DNA of 52,143 nt from a virus (Duplodnaviria > Caudoviricetes), in IMG/VR virus record IMGVR_UViG_3300048851_000225, positions 1 through 52,143 of that record; one strand, 5' to 3'. Positions 1 through 9,087 of this stretch are shown here, one piece after another. Position 1 is the first letter of the stretch, and every line of letters starts with the position of its first letter. The notes under the pieces are model-generated. The model made no database searches and was not told the DNA's origin. It saw nothing but the letters and a program-made list of their open reading frames with translations. Position numbers and translations under genes: made by a program.

Positions 1-1242
1 ATGAGCAACAAAAAGCGAAACCTCCTCGACGACCTGACCCTGCGCCGTTTTATCGCGGCCGGAGATCCCACCGCGCGCAGCGATGGCGATGGCCTGACCT
101 TCACGCTCACGGCAGCGGGCCACGCCACGTGGATTCTTCGGTATCGGTATGGCGGGCGCGCCAGAGAAATGACGCTCGGCGCATACCCAGCGTTGAGCCT
201 TGCAGCTGCCCGCAAACAGACCCGGGATCTCCGCACCAGGATCGATGCTGGCGAGGATCCGGCGGCGACGAAGCAGCAGGCCAAAGCCCGCGCCGTGGCG
301 GACTGGACGGTGCGAGAGCTGGCGGCGGACTTCAAGGAAAAGCGGCTCCCGGGCCTGGCTGAGGGCACGATCTATTACCGCACCAGCGACATCGACGAGG
401 TTTACGTGCCGGCGCTCGGTTCGCGCCTGGTGACTTCCGTCGGGCCGGCTGACATTGTTCACGCGATCGAATCGGCAGGCAGGACGTGGAGTATCACGCG
501 ACGGCTGCTCAGCACGGGACGCCAGCTGTTCGGCCACGCCTGCGGCAAGCGCCTGATCGTGGCAAATCCGTGCGCGGGTATCGAGCTGACAGCCCTGGTG
601 GGTAAGCGCCCGCAGGTCCGGAAACGGTTGATGCTCTCCACAGCAGAGCTTCACACGCTGCTCAGCGACATCGAGCAGATCGGCACCGACAACGCGCTGG
701 CGTTTCGCATCCTCCTCGCCACCTGCGTGCGGTCGGTCGAACTGGTGAAGGCGGAGTGGCGCCATGTTGATTTCGAGCGAGGCACCTGGTGGGTGCCGGA
801 CGAGTCAGTGAAGACTCGCGCAGGATTCCTCGTCCCCCTCACGCCCACCGTGGCGGGCTGGTTCCAGCGGCTCAAGCAGCTCGCTGGCGAATCGAAGTGG
901 GTGCTGCCAGCGCGGCGCGCCGATCGCGGCGAAACGCACGTCGGGCGCACGACCCTCTGGGCGGCTTTCGCGCGCGCATTCAAGCGCGGCGATATCGAGA
1001 TCCGTCGCTTCACCCCGCACGACACGCGTAGCACCGCGAAGGGCCATATGCGCAACCTGGGTGTGTCACGCGAAATCAGCGAGATCGCGCTGAACCACGT
1101 GCTGCGCGGCATGGAAGGCATCTACGACGTGCGCGAGGAGATCCCCGAGCGGCGCGCCGCACTCGAACTGTGGGCGGCGTTCCTCGTTGAATGCGAGGCG
1201 GGCCGGGAGTGGAACGTTGTGCCGATCGGCAAGCGCGCGTAG
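1..1242 (+). CDS. int: Tyrosine integrase, P4-like with N-terminal arm-binding domain
   Basis: N-terminal DGDGL...W.LRYRYGGRAREMTLGAYP; catalytic R (TCVRS), HDTR, LNH, GIY. Confidence 0.95.
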   Translation: MSNKKRNLLDDLTLRRFIAAGDPTARSDGDGLTFTLTAAGHATWILRYRYGGRAREMTLGAYPALSLAAARKQTRDLRTRIDAGEDPAATKQQAKARAVADWTVRELAADFKEKRLPGLAEGTIYYRTSDIDEVYVPALGSRLVTSVGPADIVHAIESAGRTWSITRRLLSTGRQLFGHACGKRLIVANPCAGIELTALVGKRPQVRKRLMLSTAELHTLLSDIEQIGTDNALAFRILLATCVRSVELVKAEWRHVDFERGTWWVPDESVKTRAGFLVPLTPTVAGWFQRLKQLAGESKWVLPARRADRGETHVGRTTLWAAFARAFKRGDIEIRRFTPHDTRSTAKGHMRNLGVSREISEIALNHVLRGMEGIYDVREEIPERRAALELWAAFLVECEAGREWNVVPIGKRA

Positions 1243-1312
1243 GACAGCGCTGCCCACCCCGTACGGACTTCCCCGCCTCCCCACCGGCTGAGGTGGCGCG
1301 CATCCTGGCTGC

Positions 1313-1522
1313 ATGGACTCCGACCCGCACGCCCTCGCCCACCGGCACATCCTCGACGCCGCCGCTTGGCTGCATTCGATCGCAGTCAATCCGTGCGCAG
1401 ACGACGTGATCGGGCATGACGCGGCGCGCGCAGCAACGGAGCTGCTCGACGTGATCGCCGCATACCCCCACCTCTGGCCAGCACCGCCCGACGGCGGTCC
1501 GACGATTGCTGATCCGGAGTGA
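1313..1522 (+). CDS. Hypothetical protein (69 aa)
   Basis: ORF fills the int-SRAP gap on the same strand. Confidence 0.5.
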   Translation: MDSDPHALAHRHILDAAAWLHSIAVNPCADDVIGHDAARAATELLDVIAAYPHLWPAPPDGGPTIADPE

Positions 1523-1537
1523 CATCAGGAGCAGAAC

Positions 1538-2185
1538 ATGTGCGGACGAATCAGCCAGAGCCAGGACGGGCGCATCTACATGGAGGCGCTGAAGTTCTTC
1601 GATCGCCCGGCCGCCGAGGACAGCGAGTACGACCCGGGCCGCGCGCGGTGGAACGTCGCGCCGGGCACGCAGGTACGTGTCATCGCGCTCGCAGACGGGC
1701 GTCCGATCATGCGGCGCGAGATGTGGGGGCACGCCGGACATGGACCGCGACCGTACGTGAACGCGCGCGTCGAAACCGCGTCGACGTCAGGATTCTGGAA
1801 ACGGATGTGGCAGCACGGCCGCGTGCTGGTGCCGGCGGATGGCTGGTACGAGTGGACCGGTCCGAAGGGTGCCCGGGTTCCGCACTTCATCGAGCGCCGA
1901 GACCACGAGCCGCTGCTGCTGGCCGCTATTGCCGCGCCGGATGGATTCGCGATCGTCACCGCAGCAGCCGACGAGGGGCTGCTGGACGTGCACGACCGCC
2001 GACCGGTCGCTCTGACAGCGGACGACGCCCGGGCGTGGCTCAATCCCGACCAGACAGACCAGGCGCGTGAGATCGCGGACCGCACCCTGCAGCCGGACGC
2101 CTTTCACTGGTTTGAGGTGCCTAAGGCGGTCGGTAACGTGCGCAACGACGCGCCGACGTTCGTAAAACCGGCCGACAGCGAATAA
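1538..2185 (+). CDS. SOS response-associated peptidase (SRAP/YedK/HMCES family)
   Basis: MCGR N-terminus, WNVAP, NARVET, PADGWYEW, HDRRPV, VGNVRN; AGGAG SD. Confidence 0.95.
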   Translation: MCGRISQSQDGRIYMEALKFFDRPAAEDSEYDPGRARWNVAPGTQVRVIALADGRPIMRREMWGHAGHGPRPYVNARVETASTSGFWKRMWQHGRVLVPADGWYEWTGPKGARVPHFIERRDHEPLLLAAIAAPDGFAIVTAAADEGLLDVHDRRPVALTADDARAWLNPDQTDQAREIADRTLQPDAFHWFEVPKAVGNVRNDAPTFVKPADSE

Positions 2186-2220
2186 TCCCCTACCGTTCGT
2201 CGGCGTCGAAGCGCGCACTA

Positions 2221-2236
2221 CTGTACGTATATCCAG
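2221..2236. promoter_or_regulatory. LexA SOS box
   Basis: CTGTACGTATATCCAG fits CTG-N10-CAG with an AT-rich core and overlaps a TACTGT -10-like hexamer. Confidence 0.75.
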
Positions 2237-2268
2237 TATCGTCCGGCTTTTCAACGAGGAGGTTGGAC

Positions 2269-2466
2269 ATGCCGACGATCGATGCTGAGGGAATGCTTCA
2301 CCTGTTCAACCGCCATCCGACTGGCCTCGTCGCGATCGACGAGCTGATGGCAGACGCGACGGCACATGAAATCGAGCGCGGCCACGCCGCCGCGGCTCTC
2401 ATTGAGCTCCTTGCGCGCGGCACACTGGTGAAGGCGCCCGGCAACAAGCTGCAGCGGCCGGACTGA
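2269..2466 (+). CDS. Hypothetical protein (65 aa), probably SOS-regulated
   Basis: GAGGAGG SD before ATG 2269, just downstream of the SOS box. Confidence 0.6.
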   Translation: MPTIDAEGMLHLFNRHPTGLVAIDELMADATAHEIERGHAAAALIELLARGTLVKAPGNKLQRPD

Positions 2467-2477
2467 CGGCGGCCGCC

Positions 2478-3017
2478 ATGGCGACCACATACCCGACCAC
2501 CCCGGCCCAGCCTGTCGGGCGGCCCTGCTACACCTGCGTGCACATGTGGGATATCGCGCCGATGGGCCACGCCACGTGCATGCGCGAGCGCGCGAAGGGC
2601 TTCACCGGCGTACAGCCGAACCCAGAGGGCGGGTGCGTGTACTGGTTGCGTGATCCATCGGCGCCGGTGGTGAACACCCGGGCCGAGTGGATTGCCCTGC
2701 ATGGACCTGGCTTGACGGGATTCACCGAACGCAGCGAACGCAAGTTTCGGCCATCGATGACGGCGCACGATGTTCGGCGCGCTGTTGCATCCGGCGACGC
2801 GGAAGCGATCGCTTGGGAGGTGGCGCGCCTGCATGACACGCTGCGCCGTACCGTCGATGCGCTCTACTCAATGCTGGCACGCATCGAGCTCGAGCAGTTC
2901 CGAGACGACATCACGCAGCTGCGCGAGCTGCTCGCGTGCGAACCCGCAGTGCGCACGCATCTGCAGCGCCACGGTCAACGGCATCCCTCCACTGCCCCCT
3001 CGAGTCGCGCCTCATAG
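2478..3017 (+). CDS. Hypothetical protein with Cys-rich N-terminus
   Basis: CYTC..C..C cluster followed by a helical WEVARLH segment. Confidence 0.6.
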   Translation: MATTYPTTPAQPVGRPCYTCVHMWDIAPMGHATCMRERAKGFTGVQPNPEGGCVYWLRDPSAPVVNTRAEWIALHGPGLTGFTERSERKFRPSMTAHDVRRAVASGDAEAIAWEVARLHDTLRRTVDALYSMLARIELEQFRDDITQLRELLACEPAVRTHLQRHGQRHPSTAPSSRAS

Positions 3018-3071
3018 GCTTCGCGCATCTCGATCTCGGCGAGCGCGGCGCGCGTCCACTCAGCCGATCTG

Positions 3072-3359
3072 TCAGGGCTTTCTGTCAATCTCGCCGTGCG
3101 TGGCGATGCGACGCAAGACCGCGACTGCTCCGTCAAAATGGAAGCTGAGCTTATAGGCCTTGTTGCTGGTGACATCAACGGTGAAGATAGTCGGCTTTTT
3201 GCCGCGCGGCGTCACTGAGTGCGGACGGCGCGAGCCCGGGATCGGATCCTGAGACAACGCCCGAAGGCACTTGTCGACCTCATCCTTGATGTCGTCCGAA
3301 AGCCCCGAGTAGTCGCGGCTGAAACGGTCGGTGTACTGGACAGGGAAGCCGCCTTTCAC
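3072..3359 (-). CDS. RelE/YafQ-like toxin (95 aa)
   Basis: VQYTDRFSRDYSGL N-terminus, YKLSF, LRRIATHGEI C-terminus and size are typical of the RelE fold. Confidence 0.7.
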   Translation of the reverse strand: MKGGFPVQYTDRFSRDYSGLSDDIKDEVDKCLRALSQDPIPGSRRPHSVTPRGKKPTIFTVDVTSNKAYKLSFHFDGAVAVLRRIATHGEIDRKP

Positions 3360-3366
3360 AAGTCAG

Positions 3367-3900
3367 TCAACGTCCACGGCGAAGTGCTGCAATTGCGGCA
3401 CTCATGTTGCCGAACTTTCGAACCCGACCTGCGGCAACATCGAGATCTGCTTCGATTTCGAGGGCCGTCCGGCGGACGTGATCAAGCATGTCGAAAAGAC
3501 TGTCGATTGCGCCAAGCACCTGCTCGCTCATCGTCAGAATTTCCTGCGTAGCTTCGATTCGAAAACGCAACGTTTCCCTGCGCAATCGCCGCAGTTCCTC
3601 CTGCATCGACGCCGCGGTGCTATGAACGTAAGACATGTCGGTTTCCAGCGGCGTGCCGAGCATCAGCATCGAGTCAAGTTTCGGCGCGAGCGGCGAAATC
3701 GACTCGTCCATCTTCAGAATCGCAGCAGCGGTGCTCTGGAGGAACGTCATGACCTTTTTTTGCATCCGCACCTGCTGCCCTTTGTCAGCATCGATCAAAT
3801 CATCGATGAGCTCGAGCTTCTCCATAGCGACTCGACTTTTGTCGGCTATTTCGCTAACGAGAACTCGATCCAATCGAGGGGGAGCGGATGTGGAGACCAT
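3367..3900 (-). CDS. Putative antitoxin (177 aa; alternative start 3918)
   Basis: Directly upstream of the toxin; C-terminal EADLDVAAGRVRKFGNMSAAIAAL resembles toxin-binding tails of RelE-associated antitoxins; only the 3' part of track ORF 3367..4635. Confidence 0.6.
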   Translation of the reverse strand: MVSTSAPPRLDRVLVSEIADKSRVAMEKLELIDDLIDADKGQQVRMQKKVMTFLQSTAAAILKMDESISPLAPKLDSMLMLGTPLETDMSYVHSTAASMQEELRRLRRETLRFRIEATQEILTMSEQVLGAIDSLFDMLDHVRRTALEIEADLDVAAGRVRKFGNMSAAIAALRRGR

Positions 3901-3919
3901 GCGAGACAGTGTACCCATC

Positions 3920-4210
3920 TCAAAGCCGAGGCGCCACGCACGGCAGAGTGACAGCCTCAAGCCGCGCCGTGTAATCCCACAACAGGACATATCCCGTTCC
4001 AAGCGCGCCGACGCCCCGGCCTGACGGCATGCGCGCGATCTCTTGCGGCGCCTGCATGTCCGGCCGCGCTGGCATCTCCGAAATGCACTTCGTTGGCACT
4101 TCCACCTCGACGGTGACCGTGCGCACCACCGGCTCCGGCCGCACAACCGGCACCGCGCCGCATCCGGCCAGCACCAGGGCACTACCGGCCCACAGCAGAA
4201 CTGAACGCAT
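3920..4210 (-). CDS. o-spanin (Rz1-like lipoprotein)
   Basis: Lipobox LVLAG-C, Pro-rich, overlaps the end of the i-spanin gene. Confidence 0.75.
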   Translation of the reverse strand: MRSVLLWAGSALVLAGCGAVPVVRPEPVVRTVTVEVEVPTKCISEMPARPDMQAPQEIARMPSGRGVGALGTGYVLLWDYTARLEAVTLPCVAPRL

Positions 4211-4583
4211 CCCATCCCTCCTGGCAAGTTTTCGGAGCTTCGCGCGCCAGCAGGCCGCGCAGCACGTGGACCGATTCCAGCAGCCCGCTGTTCCGGGCCT
4301 CGACGGCGCGCAGCTGCCGCTGTCCCTCCGCCTGCTCCGTCTCCGCGCGCTCGGCCGCCTGGCGCGTCGCCAGCCCCTGATCGCGCACAGCCGCCTCCAG
4401 GGTCGCGGTGTTCCCGCGGCATGTCGCCAGGTTGCCGGCCAGCACGCCCACTGCGGCCACGGCCGAATCCCGCGCCCGCCGAGCCTCGTTTCGCGCGGAC
4501 GCGATGCTCACCACCGCCACCAGCAGCGCCAGCACGATGACCAGCAGCGCGGCGGTGGACACCTTCCACGGGACGGCCGTCAT
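4182..4583 (-). CDS. i-spanin (Rz-like)
   Basis: N-terminal TM segment plus coiled coil and terminal Cys; in the lysis cassette. Confidence 0.75.
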   Translation of the reverse strand: MTAVPWKVSTAALLVIVLALLVAVVSIASARNEARRARDSAVAAVGVLAGNLATCRGNTATLEAAVRDQGLATRQAAERAETEQAEGQRQLRAVEARNSGLLESVHVLRGLLAREAPKTCQEGWDAFSSAVGR

Positions 4584-4902
4584 GGCGCGCTCCTGGGCCA
4601 ATCCGGCAAGCCGACCGTCTGCCCGGCCAGCGCATGCGTGCAGTCGCCCAGAAACTGGATGCGACCGGCAGTCACGAACGAATGGCACACCGCCGGCGGT
4701 GCTCCAGCCGTACTGGCATCAGCACCGTCGTAGGTCACCAGCACCGACGGCGTGAACGTGGGCGCGTCGGCAGAGCCGTTCCAGCCCCACCTGGGCCAGG
4801 GCCGGCACCGGTGGCGACCTGGTGGCCGCGAGCACATCCCGGGCACCAGAACGCCAACCGCCCGCCCTCCAGGCTGCGCAGCTTGCTCGACAGCGCGCTC
4901 AT
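4580..4902 (-). pseudogene. DUF6527-like protein with a 1-nt frameshift near 4793-4797
   Basis: MSALSSK...FWCPGC...GPGP in one frame; PRWGWNGS..PTFTPSVL...CHSFVTAGRIQFLGDCTHAL in another. Confidence 0.75.
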
Positions 4903-5387
4903 GCCGCGTGCTCGCTGCAGGCTTCGACCGCCTCCGCATACAGCGCGTCCCAGGTCCGCCGATGCGGCTTGCCCGGGCGCCACGTGCGCAAGTACAGCTG
5001 CCATGCGCCCTGGGAGTCGCCGATTGCAGGGAGCGGGCCCGGGTCCGACCACAGCAGCAGCCGCGCGAAGCCGGCGGCCAGCACGTCGTCGTGCTCGAGC
5101 TGGTTGTAGACGTCGCGCGCCACCGCCTGTACGCCGCGCGCCGCGCACAACGTCACCGCATGCGCTGCGGTGGCCGCATGCCGCAGCACGCCCGCGACGC
5201 CACCGCCCTGCTCGAACTGCCAGAGGCCGCGCGCCGGGCCGCCGATCTGCTGGCGGTGCACCAGACGAGATTCCTGCAGGCCGATGGCCACCATCTGCAC
5301 GCGGCCGCGCGCGGAGTCCATGCGGGCAGGCAGCAGCGTCAGCGCCGGGTCGATCGCGGTGATGATCACCGTTTGCGTGTTGGCCAT
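4899..5387 (-). CDS. Endolysin (lysozyme-like fold)
   Basis: AIGLQESRL..RQ..GPARGLWQFEQGGGV and YLRTWRPGKP; lies between holins and spanins. Confidence 0.8.
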   Translation of the reverse strand: MANTQTVIITAIDPALTLLPARMDSARGRVQMVAIGLQESRLVHRQQIGGPARGLWQFEQGGGVAGVLRHAATAAHAVTLCAARGVQAVARDVYNQLEHDDVLAAGFARLLLWSDPGPLPAIGDSQGAWQLYLRTWRPGKPHRRTWDALYAEAVEACSEHAA

Positions 5388-5668
5388 ACCACTCCCCTGT
5401 TGATGTGTTTTTTGACGACGGTCACGACGTAGAAAGCCAGCGCGATCGAGAGGAACGTCGCTCCGTCGCTGATCCAGCCCTGCTCCTTGATCCGCCAGGC
5501 GGTACCGAGGGCGGCGATGGCCACCGCCGACAGCCCGATGCGTTCCAGCAGGGTGTCGTTGATGCGCGGTGAGAACACGGCGGCCGTCGCGCCAGCGAAG
5601 GTGATCAGCCAGCAGATGGCCGACACGACGGCCTGTGTGGTGATGAAAATGGCTTTGAGATCGTCCAT
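5366..5668 (-). CDS. Holin/antiholin-like membrane protein
   Basis: About three hydrophobic segments and a basic C-terminus. Confidence 0.65.
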   Translation of the reverse strand: MDDLKAIFITTQAVVSAICWLITFAGATAAVFSPRINDTLLERIGLSAVAIAALGTAWRIKEQGWISDGATFLSIALAFYVVTVVKKHINRGVVWPTRKR

Positions 5669-5669
5669 A

Positions 5670-5984
5670 TCAGCTGCTCCCCTTGCTGCCGCGGATGCGG
5701 TCGATCACTGCTTGCCAGAGGCCGCCAATGGGCGCCTGCTGGACCCACTCCCAGGCGCGCGACACCACGGCCATCCCGAAGAGTCCGAGCAGGAAGCCCG
5801 TCAGCCCCTCCGGCATGCCGGTGACGATCGCCAAGTGCGGGGCCGCGTAGAAGCTGATGAGCGAGCCGCTCGCGGCCATGCTCAGGCGGGCCGGCCAGCT
5901 GCCCTGCAGGTAGCGCATCGAGACGAGAGAACCGGCGACGCCCGCCAGTTGGGCCGCCAATTCGTCGAAGTTGATGTGGATCAC
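5670..5984 (-). CDS. Holin
   Basis: AGVAGSLVS...GFLLGLFGM hydrophobic segments; first gene of the lysis cassette. Confidence 0.7.
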   Translation of the reverse strand: MIHINFDELAAQLAGVAGSLVSMRYLQGSWPARLSMAASGSLISFYAAPHLAIVTGMPEGLTGFLLGLFGMAVVSRAWEWVQQAPIGGLWQAVIDRIRGSKGSS

Positions 5985-6000
5985 TGACTGGCTCCAGGCG

Positions 6001-6025
6001 AAAAAAAACCCGCCAGCGGCGGGGT
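6001..6025 (-). terminator. Intrinsic terminator upstream of the lysis cassette
   Basis: CCCGCC-gct-GGCGGG followed by a T run on the minus strand. Confidence 0.7.
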
Positions 6026-6048
6026 GATGGGCGGCGCATGCGCGGGGG

Positions 6049-6690
6049 TCATTGCGGCGTCTCCGGCGCGGCGAGCCAGCCGTGGGCCACGCCGTAGTCG
6101 GTCAGGCCGGCCACCGTGTCCAGCGCGTCAAGCGCGGCGTGATGCGCCCGCTCCGACGCGAAGCAGTCCTGCACGTGCAGTGCGATCGCCGAGGCGATGC
6201 CGCGCAGCTCCGCAATGGTCAGCGTCACCCAGCCAGTCGCGGCCTTGAACTCCACCTGCGTGATGCCGGCGGCGTCGGCGTTGGCGATCACCGTCGTGAT
6301 GCGGTTCTGGTCTTCGGTGGCCGTGTTCACTCGCACGCCGCCCGGCAACTCGACGCCGCCGGTCTCCGCGTCGTAGCGCCGCGCCGTAGCCGTGGCCTTC
6401 AGCTGGTCGCGGAGACGCTGGACGCGGGACTCCGCTGACAGCGGAGTCGTCGACCAACCGCGCCGCCACTCCCCGTCCACGAGAGCCGGCGCGGTCGGGA
6501 GGATGGATTCGAAGTCTCCCTCCGGAGGCGGATCGATATGAATGGCAACCACCCCGTCGACGGCCATTCGTTCGTCGATGTTGTGCTCGCCGATCTGGTC
6601 CGGAAACATGACGTCTGGGTACGCTGCGCGGAGGTCGAGCGGATAATCCAGCTCGCCGCCGCTGTTGAGCTTGCCGAAGATGATGGTCAT
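6049..6690 (-). CDS. Tail fibre assembly protein (DUF4376-like)
   Basis: RYDAETGGV...FKAATGWVTLT...HVQDCFASE; start MTIIF at 6690. Confidence 0.75.
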   Translation of the reverse strand: MTIIFGKLNSGGELDYPLDLRAAYPDVMFPDQIGEHNIDERMAVDGVVAIHIDPPPEGDFESILPTAPALVDGEWRRGWSTTPLSAESRVQRLRDQLKATATARRYDAETGGVELPGGVRVNTATEDQNRITTVIANADAAGITQVEFKAATGWVTLTIAELRGIASAIALHVQDCFASERAHHAALDALDTVAGLTDYGVAHGWLAAPETPQ

Positions 6691-7925
6691 TGCGGAATAG
6701 TCCCAAGGAATTGAACAGGGCCGGATCCAACGAGCGGCTGCCACATCATTGCTTTCCCGAGCACCACATCCCAGTAGATGAACAAGTCCATGACCAGGGA
6801 CGCGTAGGCCGTCCCGTCGTTCGAACTCAATGACGTGTAACCGTTGCGGGTGCTGGGATAGAAGACGCTCGTCGAACTCGCTGTGAACCTGCCGATAGAT
6901 TTTTGGTTGAGGGTGCCCGACCAGGACCCTTCCGGGTAGGCGTGCTGCAGGACGCGCGACACCGAAGACAGCTGCGTCATGATGTTGAAGGCGAGCGGCG
7001 AGCCATACATGCTCCCGACACCCATGGCGGTGTGCTGCAACTCGAACGTGCCGGACGCCAAGTTGGCGCTGCCGCTGCGCGCGGCGAGCCCTTGAGCCGT
7101 TACCCAAGCTTCGAACTTTGCATAGCTAGACAGATCCGGATATTCGTTCGCCGTTCGGGTGTCGGGAAACTTCCTCTTGTTGCCGGGCCAGATGATGCGT
7201 ACAGCTGCTTTCCCGGGGGAGCCATTCACGGATGTGTTACCGCCCATGCCGCCGCCGTAGTCGCCACCTTTCACAGTGTTGGTCGTTCCAGACTCGCCGC
7301 CTGAGCCGCCAACGCCTCGACCCGTGCCGCTCGCTCCCTGCCCGAGGAGGCCAACGCCGCCGCCGCCCCCGCCATCCAAATACGTATTTTGGCCGGACGA
7401 GCCGCCAGAGCCAGCACCACCCTGCCCCGGCTGACCCTGAGGACCGCCAGTACTATATGGAGAGCCGTTGTTCGCCCCGTCACCACCATTGCCGCTATAA
7501 CCACCAGCGCCGCCGCCAGAGCCGTACGTGTTGCCTGCCGCCGCGCCCTTGCCGCCGTTCCCGCCCCCATCTCCGACGCCGCCACTGCCGCCAAGTGCCC
7601 CGGAAACCGTACCGTTCGACCCGCTCATGGCAACACAAGACGTCACATTGAATGAAGTCGATCCGGCTTTCGACGTCGAGCTCGCCGCGGCGACGACCAC
7701 CGTGTAGAGAGTGCCGGGGACGACCGGAATGTCGTTCTTGTATCGAAGCTCCCCGCCTCCGCCGCCGTGCCCGCTGCCCGCGTATCCGCCGACGCCGACT
7801 GCAACAACCGAAACGGAAGTCACGCCCGGCGGACACGTCCATTGGAACGTGCCCGGCGTTGTGAATTCGGCTTGCCCGGCGACCCTTGCGCTTCGCGCGG
7901 TCGTGAGCAAAGACTTAACTGCCAT
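6687..7925 (-). CDS. Glycine-rich tail fibre/receptor-binding protein
   Basis: FTTPGTFQWTCPPGVTSVSVVAVG and GGGGAGG repeats; start MAVKS at 7925. Confidence 0.75.
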   Translation of the reverse strand: MAVKSLLTTARSARVAGQAEFTTPGTFQWTCPPGVTSVSVVAVGVGGYAGSGHGGGGGELRYKNDIPVVPGTLYTVVVAAASSTSKAGSTSFNVTSCVAMSGSNGTVSGALGGSGGVGDGGGNGGKGAAAGNTYGSGGGAGGYSGNGGDGANNGSPYSTGGPQGQPGQGGAGSGGSSGQNTYLDGGGGGGVGLLGQGASGTGRGVGGSGGESGTTNTVKGGDYGGGMGGNTSVNGSPGKAAVRIIWPGNKRKFPDTRTANEYPDLSSYAKFEAWVTAQGLAARSGSANLASGTFELQHTAMGVGSMYGSPLAFNIMTQLSSVSRVLQHAYPEGSWSGTLNQKSIGRFTASSTSVFYPSTRNGYTSLSSNDGTAYASLVMDLFIYWDVVLGKAMMWQPLVGSGPVQFLGTIPQ

Positions 7926-9087
7926 CGCTACGCCCCTTGCCGAGAATCCATTGGATTGCAGTAGCGCTGCTCTTCCGGCCGGTGATGACCAACTCGACAA
8001 AGGTTCCCGGCGCAGGCGAAGGCACCACCACCCCGCCTTCGGTGGCCCACTTCAAGACCGACGTAAAGGCCACGCCCGCGAACGTCACCGTGAATGCAGT
8101 CGTGGCGTGTGCCCGCAACCTCACAATCCGCGTGATCTCCACGTTATCCGGGAGAGAGAGATACGGGATATTCAAAGTGAGGTTCCCGTTGAGCGTGAAG
8201 TCGTACCCGGCCCAGCTGCCGAAATCGAGGGACGCCGCACCGCTGGCACCTGTGACCGTCAGGACTGATTCGCGCAGAGCTGACACCGTAAGGGCCTTGA
8301 AGCTGCTGTCGCTATCTTCTACGGCCCCCACATTCCACGGAAGAATATCGGTGCCGTTGGAATAGACGATGCCCGACCGCCAAGCCATCTTCGCGGTGCC
8401 GGCCGCCGACCTGGACGTGACACGCTGGGTGAACCAGGTGACCCCTTCGAAGACATTAGAAGAGACTTCCACGAGCACCGGCCCGACGAAGCCGAGCGGC
8501 ACGTCGACCGCCCCAGAATCTATGGCGTACCGGCCGTTGGTCAGTAGAGTAGCGAGCGAGGTTCCGTTCGGGAGATGCGTCGCACCCAAGAACCGCTCGT
8601 CGTTCTCCGCGTTGTTGCGGAACAGCGTTGGCGCGGTGCCATGGATGTCGCCCAGGACGATTTGCTGCGCCTGATCGCGTGCGGCCTCGGCTGCCACCTT
8701 CGCAGTGTTGGCCGCCGTGGCGCTGCCGGCAGCAGCTACCTTGCTGTCGTTCGCCGACGTAGCACTGCCGGCAGCAGCGACCTTGCTGTCATTGGCAGCT
8801 GTAGCGCTACTCGACGCGGCCGAAGCGCTGCCGGCGGCCGCCGATTTGCTTTCGCCGGCGGCAGTGGCACTGCTCGCGGCTGCCGTCGCGCTGCCGGCGG
8901 CTGCTGTCTTGCTGTCGTTGGCAGCAGCGGCACTGCCTGCAGCCGCGGAGGCCTTCGCATTGATCTCGACAACCACAGCGTCGATCTGGGTGCTGAAGTT
9001 CGGAAGCTGCGTCAGGAAGAACGTGTCCAGATCCGCGCGAAAGGTCGGGCTGGTCCGATCCAGTGATGGGAGCGGGGTAATGGTCAT
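7915..9087 (-). CDS. Tail fibre protein with Ala/Ser repeats
   Basis: Stf-like AAGSATAANDSK repeats; position after the tail tip gene. Confidence 0.8.
   Translation of the reverse strand: MTITPLPSLDRTSPTFRADLDTFFLTQLPNFSTQIDAVVVEINAKASAAAGSAAAANDSKTAAAGSATAAASSATAAGESKSAAAGSASAASSSATAANDSKVAAAGSATSANDSKVAAAGSATAANTAKVAAEAARDQAQQIVLGDIHGTAPTLFRNNAENDERFLGATHLPNGTSLATLLTNGRYAIDSGAVDVPLGFVGPVLVEVSSNVFEGVTWFTQRVTSRSAAGTAKMAWRSGIVYSNGTDILPWNVGAVEDSDSSFKALTVSALRESVLTVTGASGAASLDFGSWAGYDFTLNGNLTLNIPYLSLPDNVEITRIVRLRAHATTAFTVTFAGVAFTSVLKWATEGGVVVPSPAPGTFVELVITGRKSSATAIQWILGKGRSDGS
8695..8950 (-). repeat. Degenerate 21/42-nt coding tandem repeats
   Basis: Recurring gcgctgccggc...ttgctgtcgtt units encoding AAGSATAANDSK. 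Confidence 0.75.

Noticed and set aside
1243-1312. att site after the integrase
   Set aside because: No tRNA-end or repeat visible; P4-like integrases usually have att upstream of int, outside the window
3367-4635. 422-aa ORF as one gene
   Set aside because: The 5' part is a low-complexity alternate frame over the spanins; only 3367..3900/3918 looks coding
6049-9087. Diversity-generating retroelement or invertible tail-fibre cassette
   Set aside because: No reverse transcriptase, TR/VR pair or invertase seen; the repeats are ordinary fibre repeats
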